A DNA stretch of 64,000 nt from Klebsiella phage 05F01, in sequence record LC483177.1; one strand, given 5' to 3'. The translations under genes were made by a program, and so were the position numbers. The number at the start of each line of letters is the position of its first letter. The first letter of the stretch is position 1. Below, in pieces: positions 46,949 through 56,683 of the stretch. Below the pieces are notes generated by a model. It did not search any database. It was not told where the DNA came from and saw only the letters and a list, made by a program, of their open reading frames with translations.

Positions 46949-46970
46949 GGGGCGATAGCCCCTTTTAAAG
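46949..46970 (+). terminator. rho-independent terminator GAGGGGCGATAGCCCCTTTT
   Basis: GGGGCGATAGCCCC hairpin plus T-run immediately after the MazG-like gene stop. Same family as the terminator after nrdA. Confidence 0.55.
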
Positions 46971-46978
46971 GAGGTATT

Positions 46979-47263
46979 TTGAATAAAGAAGATTTAATGG
47001 GGTATTACCTAAAACAGATTATTACTAATCTTAAAAACAATGGCATTAAAGATATTACAACTGAGATCTGCACCTTCATTAACAATAAGAATGGACAAAA
47101 ACTTAAAGTAAAATTTTTCACTAAGTCTCAGTGGGAAAGTATCCCTAGTAATAAAGCAAATGCAGCACAAAAAATTATGAAAGTGGATGTTGACGGATTC
47201 AAATCACCAGATTACACTGTGACACATGATGAAGTAACATACTATGTTAAGGTTATTAAATAA
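46979..47263 (+). CDS. hypothetical protein (probable TTG start)
   Basis: The ORF-track start at 46943 lies inside the terminator hairpin. TTG at 46979 has an AAGGAGG RBS 7 nt upstream. Confidence 0.3.
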   Translation: MNKEDLMGYYLKQIITNLKNNGIKDITTEICTFINNKNGQKLKVKFFTKSQWESIPSNKANAAQKIMKVDVDGFKSPDYTVTHDEVTYYVKVIK

Positions 47264-48158
47264 GGAGAAACACATGTTTACTAAAGCGCTGAAATCTATC
47301 ATCACCCTGAAAGCAGAAGAAGCTTTAAATATTTATGCAGTTGACGAGTTTGAAAATAAGGATTCTATTACTTTTGCACCATGTGGTGAATATGAGGCAT
47401 ATAAAATTGGTTTTGTTCCTCTGGCAGATGACGGTGAATTCGTTCGAAGTGTAGTTGACTATCGAATCCTTCAGGTAGGTATCTCAGTTAAGAAAGTAAA
47501 TAAAAATAAACTCAAAAAACTCACTGCAAAAGAGATTGAGCGACTTATTAAAGAGGCTGCTGAACGTGGTGAAGAACTAAATCCAACTAAAGATTTTAAG
47601 AAAGATATCGAAGAACAAGTTAAATACTCTCTGCTTCCAGAGACAGAATCAACAGAGAAATTTAGCTATTTGATTTATGATACAACCAATAATCGTTTGC
47701 ATATTACTGGTGTAACTAAAAACCTTAGTGAAGATATCACAGCATTCATTCGTAATGTAACTGAGTCTCTCCCTGTGATTCCTTTTGTAGATGATACTCT
47801 TGCTGTAGTTCACGCATTTAATGAGTGTGCAATTAATGGCCCTGATAACCGATTCACACTTGGTGTGTATATTGTCCTTGAGAATGAAGAAGGCAAGGTT
47901 GTGTGGAGTAAGGAATCTCTCTATCAGTGTCAGGATAAGATTGAAGAGATCGTAGGTGAAGGTAAACATGTAACAACTATTGGACTTGAATTTGATGGGA
48001 TTGTAAAACTTATTGTTAATAGTGAATTCCACCTTACTGGTGTTAAGTTCCCTAAAAATTTCTCTGAGGAAACATCTTTTGATGGTGATGTGATCCTTTG
48101 TATGAAAGAGATTCGAAATGTCTTTGAAGACCTCAAAGAAATGGTTGACAGCGAATAA
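47244..48158 (+). CDS. rdgC: recombination-associated protein RdgC-like
   Basis: FAPCGEYEAYKIGFVPL parallels E. coli RdgC FTPCGSQDMAKMGWVPP; LPVIPF parallels LPVVPL. 304 aa, the same size class. Confidence 0.65.
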   Translation: MLRLLNKEKHMFTKALKSIITLKAEEALNIYAVDEFENKDSITFAPCGEYEAYKIGFVPLADDGEFVRSVVDYRILQVGISVKKVNKNKLKKLTAKEIERLIKEAAERGEELNPTKDFKKDIEEQVKYSLLPETESTEKFSYLIYDTTNNRLHITGVTKNLSEDITAFIRNVTESLPVIPFVDDTLAVVHAFNECAINGPDNRFTLGVYIVLENEEGKVVWSKESLYQCQDKIEEIVGEGKHVTTIGLEFDGIVKLIVNSEFHLTGVKFPKNFSEETSFDGDVILCMKEIRNVFEDLKEMVDSE

Positions 48159-48173
48159 AGATTCTGTTAATAT

Positions 48174-48196
48174 GGCCTCATTGAAACACATGAGGC
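48174..48196 (+). terminator. hairpin after rdgC (weak terminator/attenuator)
   Basis: GCCTCAT-TGAAACAC-ATGAGGC stem-loop followed by TTAATT. Confidence 0.3.
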
Positions 48197-48202
48197 TTAA
48201 TT

Positions 48203-48400
48203 ATGAGAAATATCTTATTTACCTTATTACTACTTAGTTCAACTACATTTGCAGGTCAGATAACAGTTCCTCTAAGTGATGAATATGTGTCAGGTGACAC
48301 TAAATACTGTATATATTCACATGGTGGTGAAGATTACACAGACACAGTGAGAGCAAGTCGTGAGTGTAAGTATACAGAAACTTTTGATACAGACGAGTAG
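48203..48400 (+). CDS. small secreted protein
   Basis: Signal-peptide-like N-terminus MRNILFTLLLLSSTTFAGQ; 65 aa with two Cys. Confidence 0.35.
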   Translation: MRNILFTLLLLSSTTFAGQITVPLSDEYVSGDTKYCIYSHGGEDYTDTVRASRECKYTETFDTDE

Positions 48401-48453
48401 GAGGAAAGATTTCAGGATATAAAACTATATCACCTGATGAACTCCACAAGTAT

Positions 48454-49548
48454 TTGACAGAAGATGCAGAGTTGGTTATCGACTATGACCAAGTCGCTTT
48501 CCAGGCTGCATCTGCTTTAGAGACAAAGCTTGTTCAGGTTAAACACTTACCATCTGGTAAAGTTAAAGAGTTCAAAAACAAAACAGAGTTCTGTGGTAGA
48601 AGTAAAAAAGTAGTTGGTGGTTGGTTAGGTGATGTAAATGCTAAAAGAGAGCAAGAAGGTAAATCCCCATTCCCAATTGAAGACTTCGAAATAGAATCCA
48701 TTCAAAAAGCCCCTGATAAAATCGCATTCACATTTCAAGCAGCAAAGACTAAAGCTTTAGGTATTTCTGAATACTTGAAGGTCCCTAACTACTCTGGTGT
48801 TATCGGTGTGGGTAAAACATTCAGACATGTTCTTCCATTACCTAAAGAGTATAAATCTGAAAATAGGGATGTTAAGCCAATCCAATTAGATGAAACAAAA
48901 GATTTCCTAGTCAATTTCCAAAACGGAAGTGTTGTTGGTGAGATTGAGGCAGATGACGCATTGGAAATAAAAGCTTTTGCAGGTTGGAGAAATTACATTA
49001 AAACAGGGAAATTTAACTATATCATTGCTTCCATTGATAAAGATAGCCTACACACTCCTGGATTACTATTCAATTTCTACAAAGAACCCGGATCCAGTAA
49101 ATATAAACAACCTGAAATCATTATGATTGATGATGGGATTGGTGATATATGGATTAAGGAAGTCACTAATGATAAAGGAAAAGTTAACAAAGATATTAAA
49201 GGCTGGGGCAGTTATTGGTTAGCTTATCAATTGCTTTGTGGAGATTCTACAGATGTAATTAGGCCATATCAAGACTTTGATATTAAATTTGGAGACTTAG
49301 CTTGCTATGAGTATATAAAGGACTCTAAAAGCCAGTATGATTTATTTGAGAAAGTAAGATTAAAATATGCAGAATGGTTCCCTGATGGAGTTAAATATAC
49401 ATCTTGGGATGGAAAAGATATAGACATTACTTCAGATGAATGGTTAGAAATGATATTTAAACTAGTATATATGCGAAGAACATACAATGATAAGACAACA
49501 TTTGCAGCTATGCTAGCACATTATAAAAAATTAGAGGAGGTAGTTTGA
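48454..49548 (+). CDS. rnh: RNase H / 5-prime to 3-prime flap endonuclease (T4 rnh-like)
   Basis: LVIDYDQVAFQAA matches the T4 RNase H N-terminal ICLIDFSQIALSTA motif; EADDALEI matches EADDHIAV; IIASIDKDSLH matches IISSDGDFTQLH. Confidence 0.65.
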   Translation: MTEDAELVIDYDQVAFQAASALETKLVQVKHLPSGKVKEFKNKTEFCGRSKKVVGGWLGDVNAKREQEGKSPFPIEDFEIESIQKAPDKIAFTFQAAKTKALGISEYLKVPNYSGVIGVGKTFRHVLPLPKEYKSENRDVKPIQLDETKDFLVNFQNGSVVGEIEADDALEIKAFAGWRNYIKTGKFNYIIASIDKDSLHTPGLLFNFYKEPGSSKYKQPEIIMIDDGIGDIWIKEVTNDKGKVNKDIKGWGSYWLAYQLLCGDSTDVIRPYQDFDIKFGDLACYEYIKDSKSQYDLFEKVRLKYAEWFPDGVKYTSWDGKDIDITSDEWLEMIFKLVYMRRTYNDKTTFAAMLAHYKKLEEVV

Positions 49549-50513
49549 GTAGATTAACAGACCAACAGAAAGCTGATATATTCGCTATGCGTAGTCAAGG
49601 TTTTTCATCTCGTGCAATTGCAAGCGCAGTTCTTGGTAGTAGCACTAAGAAGAGCACAGTAAATGATTTAATTTCTCGTGAAGAAAGCACAAACGCTATT
49701 CAGGCTATAGCGGGGAAAGATAAACCTAATATCCTTGTTATTGATGTTGAAACAGCACCTGAGATTGGATATTTCTTCCGAAGATTTAAAGCTTTCATTG
49801 CACCAGAACAAGTCATCAAACGTGGATATCTCCTTTCTTACTCTGCCGTTGGTTTAGATGACGGTGATGAAGTGATTGGACGTAATCTTACTAGTTATAA
49901 TTTGTTTGAAATTGACCATACTGATGATTATGAATTATGTCTTGAACTTTGGGACCTTCTTGATGAAGCCGATGTTGTTATTGCACATAATGGTCAGAAA
50001 TTTGACAGAGCTTATATTAATCAGCGATTTGCATACCATGAATTGCCACCTCCGTCTAACTACGTTGTTATTGATACCCTTCGGGCTGCTAAAAAACAAT
50101 TTGCACTTCCTTCTAATGCTCTTAAAGAGATTTGTATGTATTTTGAAACAGAAAACTTTAAACTAGAGAATGAAGGTTTCACTTTATGGAAAGCTTGTTG
50201 TGAAGGTGATGAGAATGCATTCCAGCGTATGCAGACCTATAATGATGGTGATGTAATCTCTTTACGTGATGTCTATCGTAAACTTCTCCCTTGGATCCCT
50301 CAACATCCAAATGTAGCAGCGTATTACAAAGACTCTGCTTGTCGTTGCCCACGTTGTGGTAGCACAGAAGTTTCTGTTGTTAAAGATAAGTTCTATAACA
50401 CAGGTGTAAGCACATTTGAAATTTTACGTTGTTCTTCTTGTAATGGATTGTCACGTGCACGTGTAAATCTTCGCACTAAGGAAAAACGAGTCAATACAAT
50501 TATCGGGGTGTAA
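49545..50513 (+). CDS. DEDDh 3-prime to 5-prime exonuclease with C-terminal zinc ribbon
   Basis: Exo I LVIDVETAP, Exo III H-x4-D (IAHNGQKFDRAY), and C-terminal CxxC...CxxC. Confidence 0.5.
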   Translation: MSRLTDQQKADIFAMRSQGFSSRAIASAVLGSSTKKSTVNDLISREESTNAIQAIAGKDKPNILVIDVETAPEIGYFFRRFKAFIAPEQVIKRGYLLSYSAVGLDDGDEVIGRNLTSYNLFEIDHTDDYELCLELWDLLDEADVVIAHNGQKFDRAYINQRFAYHELPPPSNYVVIDTLRAAKKQFALPSNALKEICMYFETENFKLENEGFTLWKACCEGDENAFQRMQTYNDGDVISLRDVYRKLLPWIPQHPNVAAYYKDSACRCPRCGSTEVSVVKDKFYNTGVSTFEILRCSSCNGLSRARVNLRTKEKRVNTIIGV

Positions 50514-50519
50514 TACCCC
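50498..50519 (+). terminator. rho-independent terminator
   Basis: CGGGGTG-TAA-TACCCCG hairpin followed by TTTTTATTT. Confidence 0.5.
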
Positions 50520-50527
50520 GTTTTTAT

Positions 50528-50935
50528 TTGGAGGTTAAAATGGAAGCGTCTAAAATGCAAGTTGATGGTACCCACTACACAGATATGCCTATGCAACCAA
50601 TTGAGTTAACATACCTTATTGGAGGGACACCTTGTTTTTGTAAACTTGCCAAGTATGGGAGTAGAATTAAGCACTCAGATCGCACTATTGATCTTAATAA
50701 AGCAATTCACTGTATCCGCCTAGAGCAGGAGTTTGTATCTAAAAATGAAAATATATTCTTAAAAAACTACAAAAAACCTGGTTACGTCTCATGTGAGACG
50801 GAATTAGCCACTACATTTATTAATATCTTTACTCAAGATCAAGATCTTCGTGATGCACTTCTATTCATGTACATTGGTGAGTATGAAATGGCTATTGTTC
50901 GTGTTCAAAATATAATCTCTCGTGTCTCAGTATAA
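50528..50935 (+). CDS. hypothetical protein
   Basis: 135 aa with a GGAGG RBS. Confidence 0.3.
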   Translation: MEVKMEASKMQVDGTHYTDMPMQPIELTYLIGGTPCFCKLAKYGSRIKHSDRTIDLNKAIHCIRLEQEFVSKNENIFLKNYKKPGYVSCETELATTFINIFTQDQDLRDALLFMYIGEYEMAIVRVQNIISRVSV

Positions 50936-51104
50936 AGAAGGTGAAGTTTATAAAATATACAGAGTCCATAATAATATTAAGGAATTTGTATGTAAAATAA
51001 CCATAAACAATGGGATGTGTCAAAAAGAGTTCAATAGGATGTTATTTTTTAAATATAACTTGACTCCTAATGACTACAAAGCTATAAAGATAGAGGTGAA
51101 GTGA
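50922..51104 (+). CDS. hypothetical small protein
   Basis: 60-aa ORF. Confidence 0.25.
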   Translation: MSQYKEGEVYKIYRVHNNIKEFVCKITINNGMCQKEFNRMLFFKYNLTPNDYKAIKIEVK

Positions 51105-51664
51105 CGAAAGAACCTAAACAAATGTGGGGAGATGGAACTCCCTGGAAAACTAAGGCTGCTTTTTACTCTTATTTGAGGGGTGGCCTACGTAAGGTGTGGA
51201 TGACACATCCTTGTAAGATAAGTAAGATAACCTCTTGTCGTTTCCAGGTAGATAGGTATGATAAGAACGGTAAAATCATGCTTGACAAGAAAGGTAATCC
51301 ACGTAAAATATGGAACTGTAAGTGTGAAATCTGTAGTCATCAAGGTGTTATGACAGACTTTCATGTAGATCATATAATTTCAGCAGGAAGTTTGATTGGA
51401 TATGAAAACTTACTTGATTTCACATACAGATTGCTTTATGTTACTGAAAAAGATTTAAGAGTTATTTGTAAAGAATGTAATTATATACTTGCATATGCAG
51501 ATAAGAATGGAGTTACTTTTGAAGAAGCAAAAGCTGAGAAAACGGCAATTAGTTTGGTGGGAAGTAATAAAGACAAAGAATGGCTTAAAGAGAGAGGAAT
51601 ATCTCCAGAGTCAAGTAAACAAAAGAGAAGAAAACAAATAGTAGAGTTTCTTCTTAAGCAATAG
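51101..51664 (+). CDS. HNH endonuclease
   Basis: CKCEICSH ... HVDHII ... CKECN resembles an HNH zinc-finger nuclease core; 187 aa. Confidence 0.5.
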   Translation: MTKEPKQMWGDGTPWKTKAAFYSYLRGGLRKVWMTHPCKISKITSCRFQVDRYDKNGKIMLDKKGNPRKIWNCKCEICSHQGVMTDFHVDHIISAGSLIGYENLLDFTYRLLYVTEKDLRVICKECNYILAYADKNGVTFEEAKAEKTAISLVGSNKDKEWLKERGISPESSKQKRRKQIVEFLLKQ

Positions 51665-51672
51665 GAGAATAT

Positions 51673-52260
51673 ATGCGAGTCGTATGTGATTGCGATTTAG
51701 TTATAGCTCCAGCAGATGTAAAATGGTATAACTGGCTTTGTGCTATTAGTGGTGAGAGTCCAGTTATCCCAGAACACAATGCAGACTATAATCTAGCTAA
51801 TTACTTTCCAGACTTTGAGAAGAAGTATGGATATAATCCTCACTCCTTTTGGGATAGTCCTTATCTGTACCATAATATGCCTGTAATTAAAGGTGCAGAT
51901 AAGATTCTAGGTAGGATTGCATTAGGTGGTGGTAATGTTTTAATTGCAAGCCACACAAAAGGTGGACACTTTAGCTCCAAGTATAAATATAATGTCCTCA
52001 ATTTGAAGAATGTTGACTTCAGTCGTGGTTCAGGTAATGGATTTTTTGCAACTAAAGAAAAATACCTACTGCCTTGTGATATGGCTATTGACGATAGGGC
52101 AGAAAATTTAGTATTATTCCCAAGTGATGTAATTAAGGTTTACTTTAAAACAAGATATTTTGACCCTTATCTTGATGAATTAAAAACACAAGAAAATGTC
52201 TTTATAACAGGTATTGATGATCCTTGGAAAGATATTGAAAATTATTTAGAAGGAGTATAA
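51673..52260 (+). CDS. HAD-family 5-prime (deoxy)nucleotidase-like protein
   Basis: N-terminal DxD motif (VVCDCDLV) as in NT5C-type nucleotidases; 195 aa. Confidence 0.4.
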   Translation: MRVVCDCDLVIAPADVKWYNWLCAISGESPVIPEHNADYNLANYFPDFEKKYGYNPHSFWDSPYLYHNMPVIKGADKILGRIALGGGNVLIASHTKGGHFSSKYKYNVLNLKNVDFSRGSGNGFFATKEKYLLPCDMAIDDRAENLVLFPSDVIKVYFKTRYFDPYLDELKTQENVFITGIDDPWKDIENYLEGV

Positions 52261-52261
52261 A

Positions 52262-52588
52262 ATGAGACAAGATCAGATTGATGAATTAAAACCACAATAT
52301 CGTGAAATCACAGAAGCAATTTTTGGAGCAATGCTTTCTTCAGAAGGTGTGACTACCCTTGAAGATGTTCTCCCTAATCCTGATGAATTTATTGAAGGTA
52401 TGATTAAGAGTGCTTACAGTGAAGGATTTACTGAAAAAGATATTGATGCTATCATTAAATTCAATAAGAAGTATGAGAAGAAAAACAATACTGCTAAACT
52501 GCGTTCTCAAATGTTTATTGAAAAATATTTTGAAGAGAATATTGCAAGCATTGAAGCACATTTTAATAAATTTAAGGAGAATAAATGA
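52262..52588 (+). CDS. hypothetical protein
   Basis: 108-aa ORF immediately upstream of thyX. Confidence 0.3.
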   Translation: MRQDQIDELKPQYREITEAIFGAMLSSEGVTTLEDVLPNPDEFIEGMIKSAYSEGFTEKDIDAIIKFNKKYEKKNNTAKLRSQMFIEKYFEENIASIEAHFNKFKENK

Positions 52589-53565
52589 CAAACCAGATTT
52601 CAGCAAAGGTAATTGCCCATAGTGTAGCATTTGGTAGTGATAATGAAATTGTGACATTTGAACTGGAATATCCACGAATTATTCACAGTGAATTAATGAC
52701 ACATCGTCTGTTTAGTCGTAATGCAGCATCAAGTCGTGCTATTCCTGTAAAAACCTTAATTGAAATGGTTAGAAATGAGCCAGCAATGCCTTATCGGTTT
52801 GGTGCAAACCAGCCGGGGATGCAGGATAAAGGCGTAGAGCACGACAGTGAAGTTGGTGCAGGATATTCCGGTAGAGATTGGTGGAGACTCGCTGCTCTTA
52901 GTGCTGCAAACTTTGCGGAGCAACTGTCCGACGCAGGGTATCATAAACAAATTGCAAATCGATTACTAGAGCCTTTCCAGCGTATCAAGACGGTTCTTAC
53001 AGCTACGGAGTTTGCTAATTTTTGGTGGTTGCGTTTAGATAAGGATGCTGACCCTACCATTAAAAAGTTAGCAGAAGTTATGAAAGAAGCTTACGATGCT
53101 TCTGAAAAAGAAGTTCTGAAACCGGGTGAATGGCATACTCCTTATGTCTTACATTCAGAAGGTAAAGATGGTGAAATTGGTTATTATGTTCTTGACGAAA
53201 GTGGTAAATGGCCTGTAGATTTATCTCTTGAAGAAGCATTGGGTATTTCTTCTTCATGTTGTGCTCAAGTTAGTTATCGTCGTCTTAACTCTACTAAAGA
53301 TAAGGCACTTGATATCTATGGTCGTTTATTGTCTGGTGATAAAGTTCATGCCTCCCCTTTCGAGCATCAGGCAACACCGATGAAGAAAAAGTATAATAAG
53401 ACCAATGAATGGGGAGACACCTTATGGACCATTAATAACCCAACAGATGTAGATTCTTGGGAGAAAGGTATTACACACATGGATAGAAATAAGAACTTAT
53501 GGTCTGGTAATTTCAAAGGATTTATTCAACACCGTCAACTATTAAATAACCATACTGTTTGGTAA
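52585..53565 (+). CDS. thyX: flavin-dependent thymidylate synthase ThyX
   Basis: ThyX signature RHRxxxxxxxSxR present (MTHRLFSRNAASSRAIP); 326 aa. Confidence 0.9.
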   Translation: MTNQISAKVIAHSVAFGSDNEIVTFELEYPRIIHSELMTHRLFSRNAASSRAIPVKTLIEMVRNEPAMPYRFGANQPGMQDKGVEHDSEVGAGYSGRDWWRLAALSAANFAEQLSDAGYHKQIANRLLEPFQRIKTVLTATEFANFWWLRLDKDADPTIKKLAEVMKEAYDASEKEVLKPGEWHTPYVLHSEGKDGEIGYYVLDESGKWPVDLSLEEALGISSSCCAQVSYRRLNSTKDKALDIYGRLLSGDKVHASPFEHQATPMKKKYNKTNEWGDTLWTINNPTDVDSWEKGITHMDRNKNLWSGNFKGFIQHRQLLNNHTVW

Positions 53566-53595
53566 TAAGAATTATCTAAATTTCTGCTTTATCTA

Positions 53596-53624
53596 TTGAC
53601 AAAGAAGTCATAATATTGTAGTAT
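53596..53624 (+). promoter_or_regulatory. promoter TTGACA-N17-TAGTAT
   Basis: TTGACAAAGAAGTCATAATATTGTAGTAT upstream of the 53676 ORF. Confidence 0.5.
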
Positions 53625-53675
53625 CATTAAACATTAGAGAGGAAGAAATCCCTCTCAATAAGTAAGGAGTAATTT

Positions 53676-54104
53676 ATGTCATCTATCGAAGATATCATTG
53701 ATCGTGGTCACAAAAACGTTGTATGGGCTAAAGTTTCCATTGAAACAATCAAACAAACTCCAGTATGGAAAGAGAATCGTGATTCAAAAGGAAAAATCCC
53801 ACATCAGATCTTCAATGAAGTTCTTGCAAAAGCTTTGATCTTTCTTGGTCATAGTCCAAAAACAGGTGGTTATGTAAAAGACCATAACTGTAATATCCGA
53901 TCTAATAAATCTAAAGAACTGGTTTATAAAACCACACTATATACTTTCCCCGTTCAACATAACCACAAATACTCTCGTGCTTATGAAAAGAACCCTATTC
54001 TTCATTATGGTAATGAATCTTTTAAAGGATGGGGAATTTCACACTTTAAGATGGATAATTTTGGTGTAGAAGATAGCAATACTCCTTTCGATGAAAATGA
54101 TTAA
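53676..54104 (+). CDS. hypothetical protein (possible HNH-like homing endonuclease)
   Basis: 142 aa with an HNH-like DHNCNIRSNKSKEL segment. Free-standing with its own promoter between thyX and nrdA. Confidence 0.3.
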   Translation: MSSIEDIIDRGHKNVVWAKVSIETIKQTPVWKENRDSKGKIPHQIFNEVLAKALIFLGHSPKTGGYVKDHNCNIRSNKSKELVYKTTLYTFPVQHNHKYSRAYEKNPILHYGNESFKGWGISHFKMDNFGVEDSNTPFDEND

Positions 54105-54122
54105 ATAAATTCGAGAGGTTAA

Positions 54123-54377
54123 ATGCAGAATAAAAATATTTATGAAGGTATTGTTACAGAGTCATATTTTGATGAAGAAGTTGGTTGCAATGTTACAGTA
54201 ATTCTTGATACAAGTGGTAGATTATCTGATAAAAGAAAAATTATAAATCAGAAAGCTAAAGAAAAAGGTTTTATGGATATCGACCACTATGAGGGATTTC
54301 TTTATGCCAATAGTCTATTTAATGAGATGAGAAATGGCTATGATGTAGATATCCTAAAAATGCACAATAAGGAGTAA
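54123..54377 (+). CDS. hypothetical small protein
   Basis: 84-aa ORF upstream of nrdA. Confidence 0.3.
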   Translation: MQNKNIYEGIVTESYFDEEVGCNVTVILDTSGRLSDKRKIINQKAKEKGFMDIDHYEGFLYANSLFNEMRNGYDVDILKMHNKE

Positions 54378-54379
54378 GA

Positions 54380-56638
54380 GTGATTAATTTTGTTACGAAA
54401 GAGAATGGTAAAAAGGAAGAATTCAAAGTAGAGAAACTCCGAAAATGGTCGGAGTTTTCATGGAATAACTCAAAAGGTAAGGTTAATTGGTCAGAGATTG
54501 AACTTGAAGCTATTAAACGTTGCTATGATGGTATCCCAACACGTGACCTACATAAGGCAATGATTGATGTCTGTGTTGATAAGCAAGAAGAACGGTATCT
54601 TATCCCTGCTGGTCGTCTTCTTATTGGTCAAGTGTATAAGGATGCACATGGTGGATTTAATATGATCCCTAAATTCACTGACTTCAATAAAGATATGATT
54701 AAGCGTGGCCTTTGGGAAGATATGCATTATTCTGAACAAGAACTCCTGCAATTTGAAAAAGCAATTAATCATAATAAAAACCTTGAATATGGGTATTCAG
54801 TTATCCGACAGTTAGTTGATAAATATCTTATCAAAGATAACGTAAATAACATCGTTCATGAATCCCCTCAATTTGCCTTTATGGGGATTGCAATGAAGGT
54901 TATGCAGAAGCAACCTTTAGATCGACGCAGCGAAGATGTCATTAAGCTTTATAAATATGTTAGTGAGTTGAAGATTAATTTACCTTCACCTTACCTGACC
55001 ACTCTTCGGACACCAATTACAGGTAGTGCTAGTTGTTGTGTATTCCGTGCAGATGATACAGCCAGTAGCTTGAGCGTTGCTAACCACATTGCACATGAAT
55101 TCACATTAAACAATGCAGGTATCGGTGTTTACCTACAGACCCGTGCAACAGGTCGTGGCGTTAAAAAGAACCGTATCGTTCATGGAGGTTTACTCCCTTA
55201 TTGGCGTTGGATGGAGTCAAGTGTAGGTGCTTCTAAACAAAGCTCTCGTGGTGGTAATGCTACAGTGACATTTACTTGTCTTGAACCTGACTGGAAAGAC
55301 CTTATTCAGACTAAAAATCCACTTACCCCAGCAGAGAAACGAGTAGATAAACTTGATTACTCTGTAGTAGTTAATAACGCATTCCTTCGTCGTGCTGCTA
55401 AAAAGCAAGACTGGATGTTAGTCAGTTATGACGATGCACCGGAACTTTATGAAGCTCTATATAAATCAGAAGAAGTTTTTGATGAGGTTTATGAGAAAGT
55501 AAGTCGTAAACGTATTAAAAAGACAATTGTTAATGCACAGAAGATGCTTCTTGATATTGTTAAGCAACGTTATGAAACAGGACGTATCTACCTGTTCTTT
55601 GCAGATAATGCAAACACGCATACACCTTTTAAAGAGACGATTTATCAGAGTAACCTTTGTCAAGAGATCTTTCTGCCAACAAAACCTTTCCATAGTGTAG
55701 CTAATCTGTACTCTGGAGAAGATATTAATGATGGTGAAGTTGCTTTATGTTTTCTTTCTGCTATTGTAGCAGGTCGTGTTAAGCCAGAAGAGTATGAAGA
55801 TGTTGCATACTACACTGTATTAACTATCGATAACGTAATTGACACTATGAAGTACCCATTCAAACACACAGAGATTACAGCTAAAGCACGTCGTTCTATT
55901 GGTGTTGGTATCACAAACCTGGCACACTATCTTGCATCAAATATGGTTAGCTACTCATCAGAGAAAGGTAAGCAGATGATGCACGAATTAGCTGAACTTC
56001 ATTACTATAGCTTGGCGAAAGCTTCTTTGCGTCTTGGTAAAGAAAAAGGTAATGCAGAATGGATGGATAAAACAAAATGGCCCGAAGGTTGGTTACCAAT
56101 TGATACCTACTCTAAGAACTTAGATTCAGTTGCTGATTTCGAGAATAAATGTGATTGGGAAACACTACGTAAAGAGATTATTGAAAATGGTGGTATCCGT
56201 AATAGCGTTCTAGTTGCTCATATGCCTTGTGAATCTAGCAGCGTTGTCAGCAATACAGTTAATGGGTTATATCCTATTCGTGATTTAGCACTGTTTAAGC
56301 AGTCTCAGAAAGGTAACGTTTCATTTATTGCCCCTGATGCTGATAAGCTTAAATTGTTCTATGATTATGCTTATGAAATGGAAAAAGAGCCTGTAGCTGA
56401 TACTTATGCAATCTTTAGTAAATTCACTGATCAAGGTATTTCTGCTGATGAGTATGAAAACTTAACTAAAGAAATGAGTAGTGAAGAACGAACTAAACGT
56501 TCAGTAAAATTCATTCTGCGATGTGCTAAGAATGGTGTTAAGAGTATCTACTATCTAAACAGTAAAACAAAATCTTCTAATACGATTGCCCAAGATGTTG
56601 AAGAAGATGAATCAGGATGCGAGTCCTGTGCAATGTAG
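54380..56638 (+). CDS. nrdA: ribonucleotide reductase class Ia large subunit NrdA
   Basis: 752 aa with an N-terminal ATP cone, the catalytic NLCQEI motif and a C-terminal CESC redox pair. Confidence 0.9.
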   Translation: MINFVTKENGKKEEFKVEKLRKWSEFSWNNSKGKVNWSEIELEAIKRCYDGIPTRDLHKAMIDVCVDKQEERYLIPAGRLLIGQVYKDAHGGFNMIPKFTDFNKDMIKRGLWEDMHYSEQELLQFEKAINHNKNLEYGYSVIRQLVDKYLIKDNVNNIVHESPQFAFMGIAMKVMQKQPLDRRSEDVIKLYKYVSELKINLPSPYLTTLRTPITGSASCCVFRADDTASSLSVANHIAHEFTLNNAGIGVYLQTRATGRGVKKNRIVHGGLLPYWRWMESSVGASKQSSRGGNATVTFTCLEPDWKDLIQTKNPLTPAEKRVDKLDYSVVVNNAFLRRAAKKQDWMLVSYDDAPELYEALYKSEEVFDEVYEKVSRKRIKKTIVNAQKMLLDIVKQRYETGRIYLFFADNANTHTPFKETIYQSNLCQEIFLPTKPFHSVANLYSGEDINDGEVALCFLSAIVAGRVKPEEYEDVAYYTVLTIDNVIDTMKYPFKHTEITAKARRSIGVGITNLAHYLASNMVSYSSEKGKQMMHELAELHYYSLAKASLRLGKEKGNAEWMDKTKWPEGWLPIDTYSKNLDSVADFENKCDWETLRKEIIENGGIRNSVLVAHMPCESSSVVSNTVNGLYPIRDLALFKQSQKGNVSFIAPDADKLKLFYDYAYEMEKEPVADTYAIFSKFTDQGISADEYENLTKEMSSEERTKRSVKFILRCAKNGVKSIYYLNSKTKSSNTIAQDVEEDESGCESCAM

Positions 56639-56643
56639 AATAA

Positions 56644-56668
56644 GGGGCGAAAGCCCCTTTTTATTTAA
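56644..56668 (+). terminator. rho-independent terminator AGGGGCGAAAGCCCCTTTTTATTT
   Basis: GGGGCGAAAGCCCC hairpin plus T-run immediately after the nrdA stop. Confidence 0.55.
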
Positions 56669-56683
56669 ATAAGGAGGAATAAT

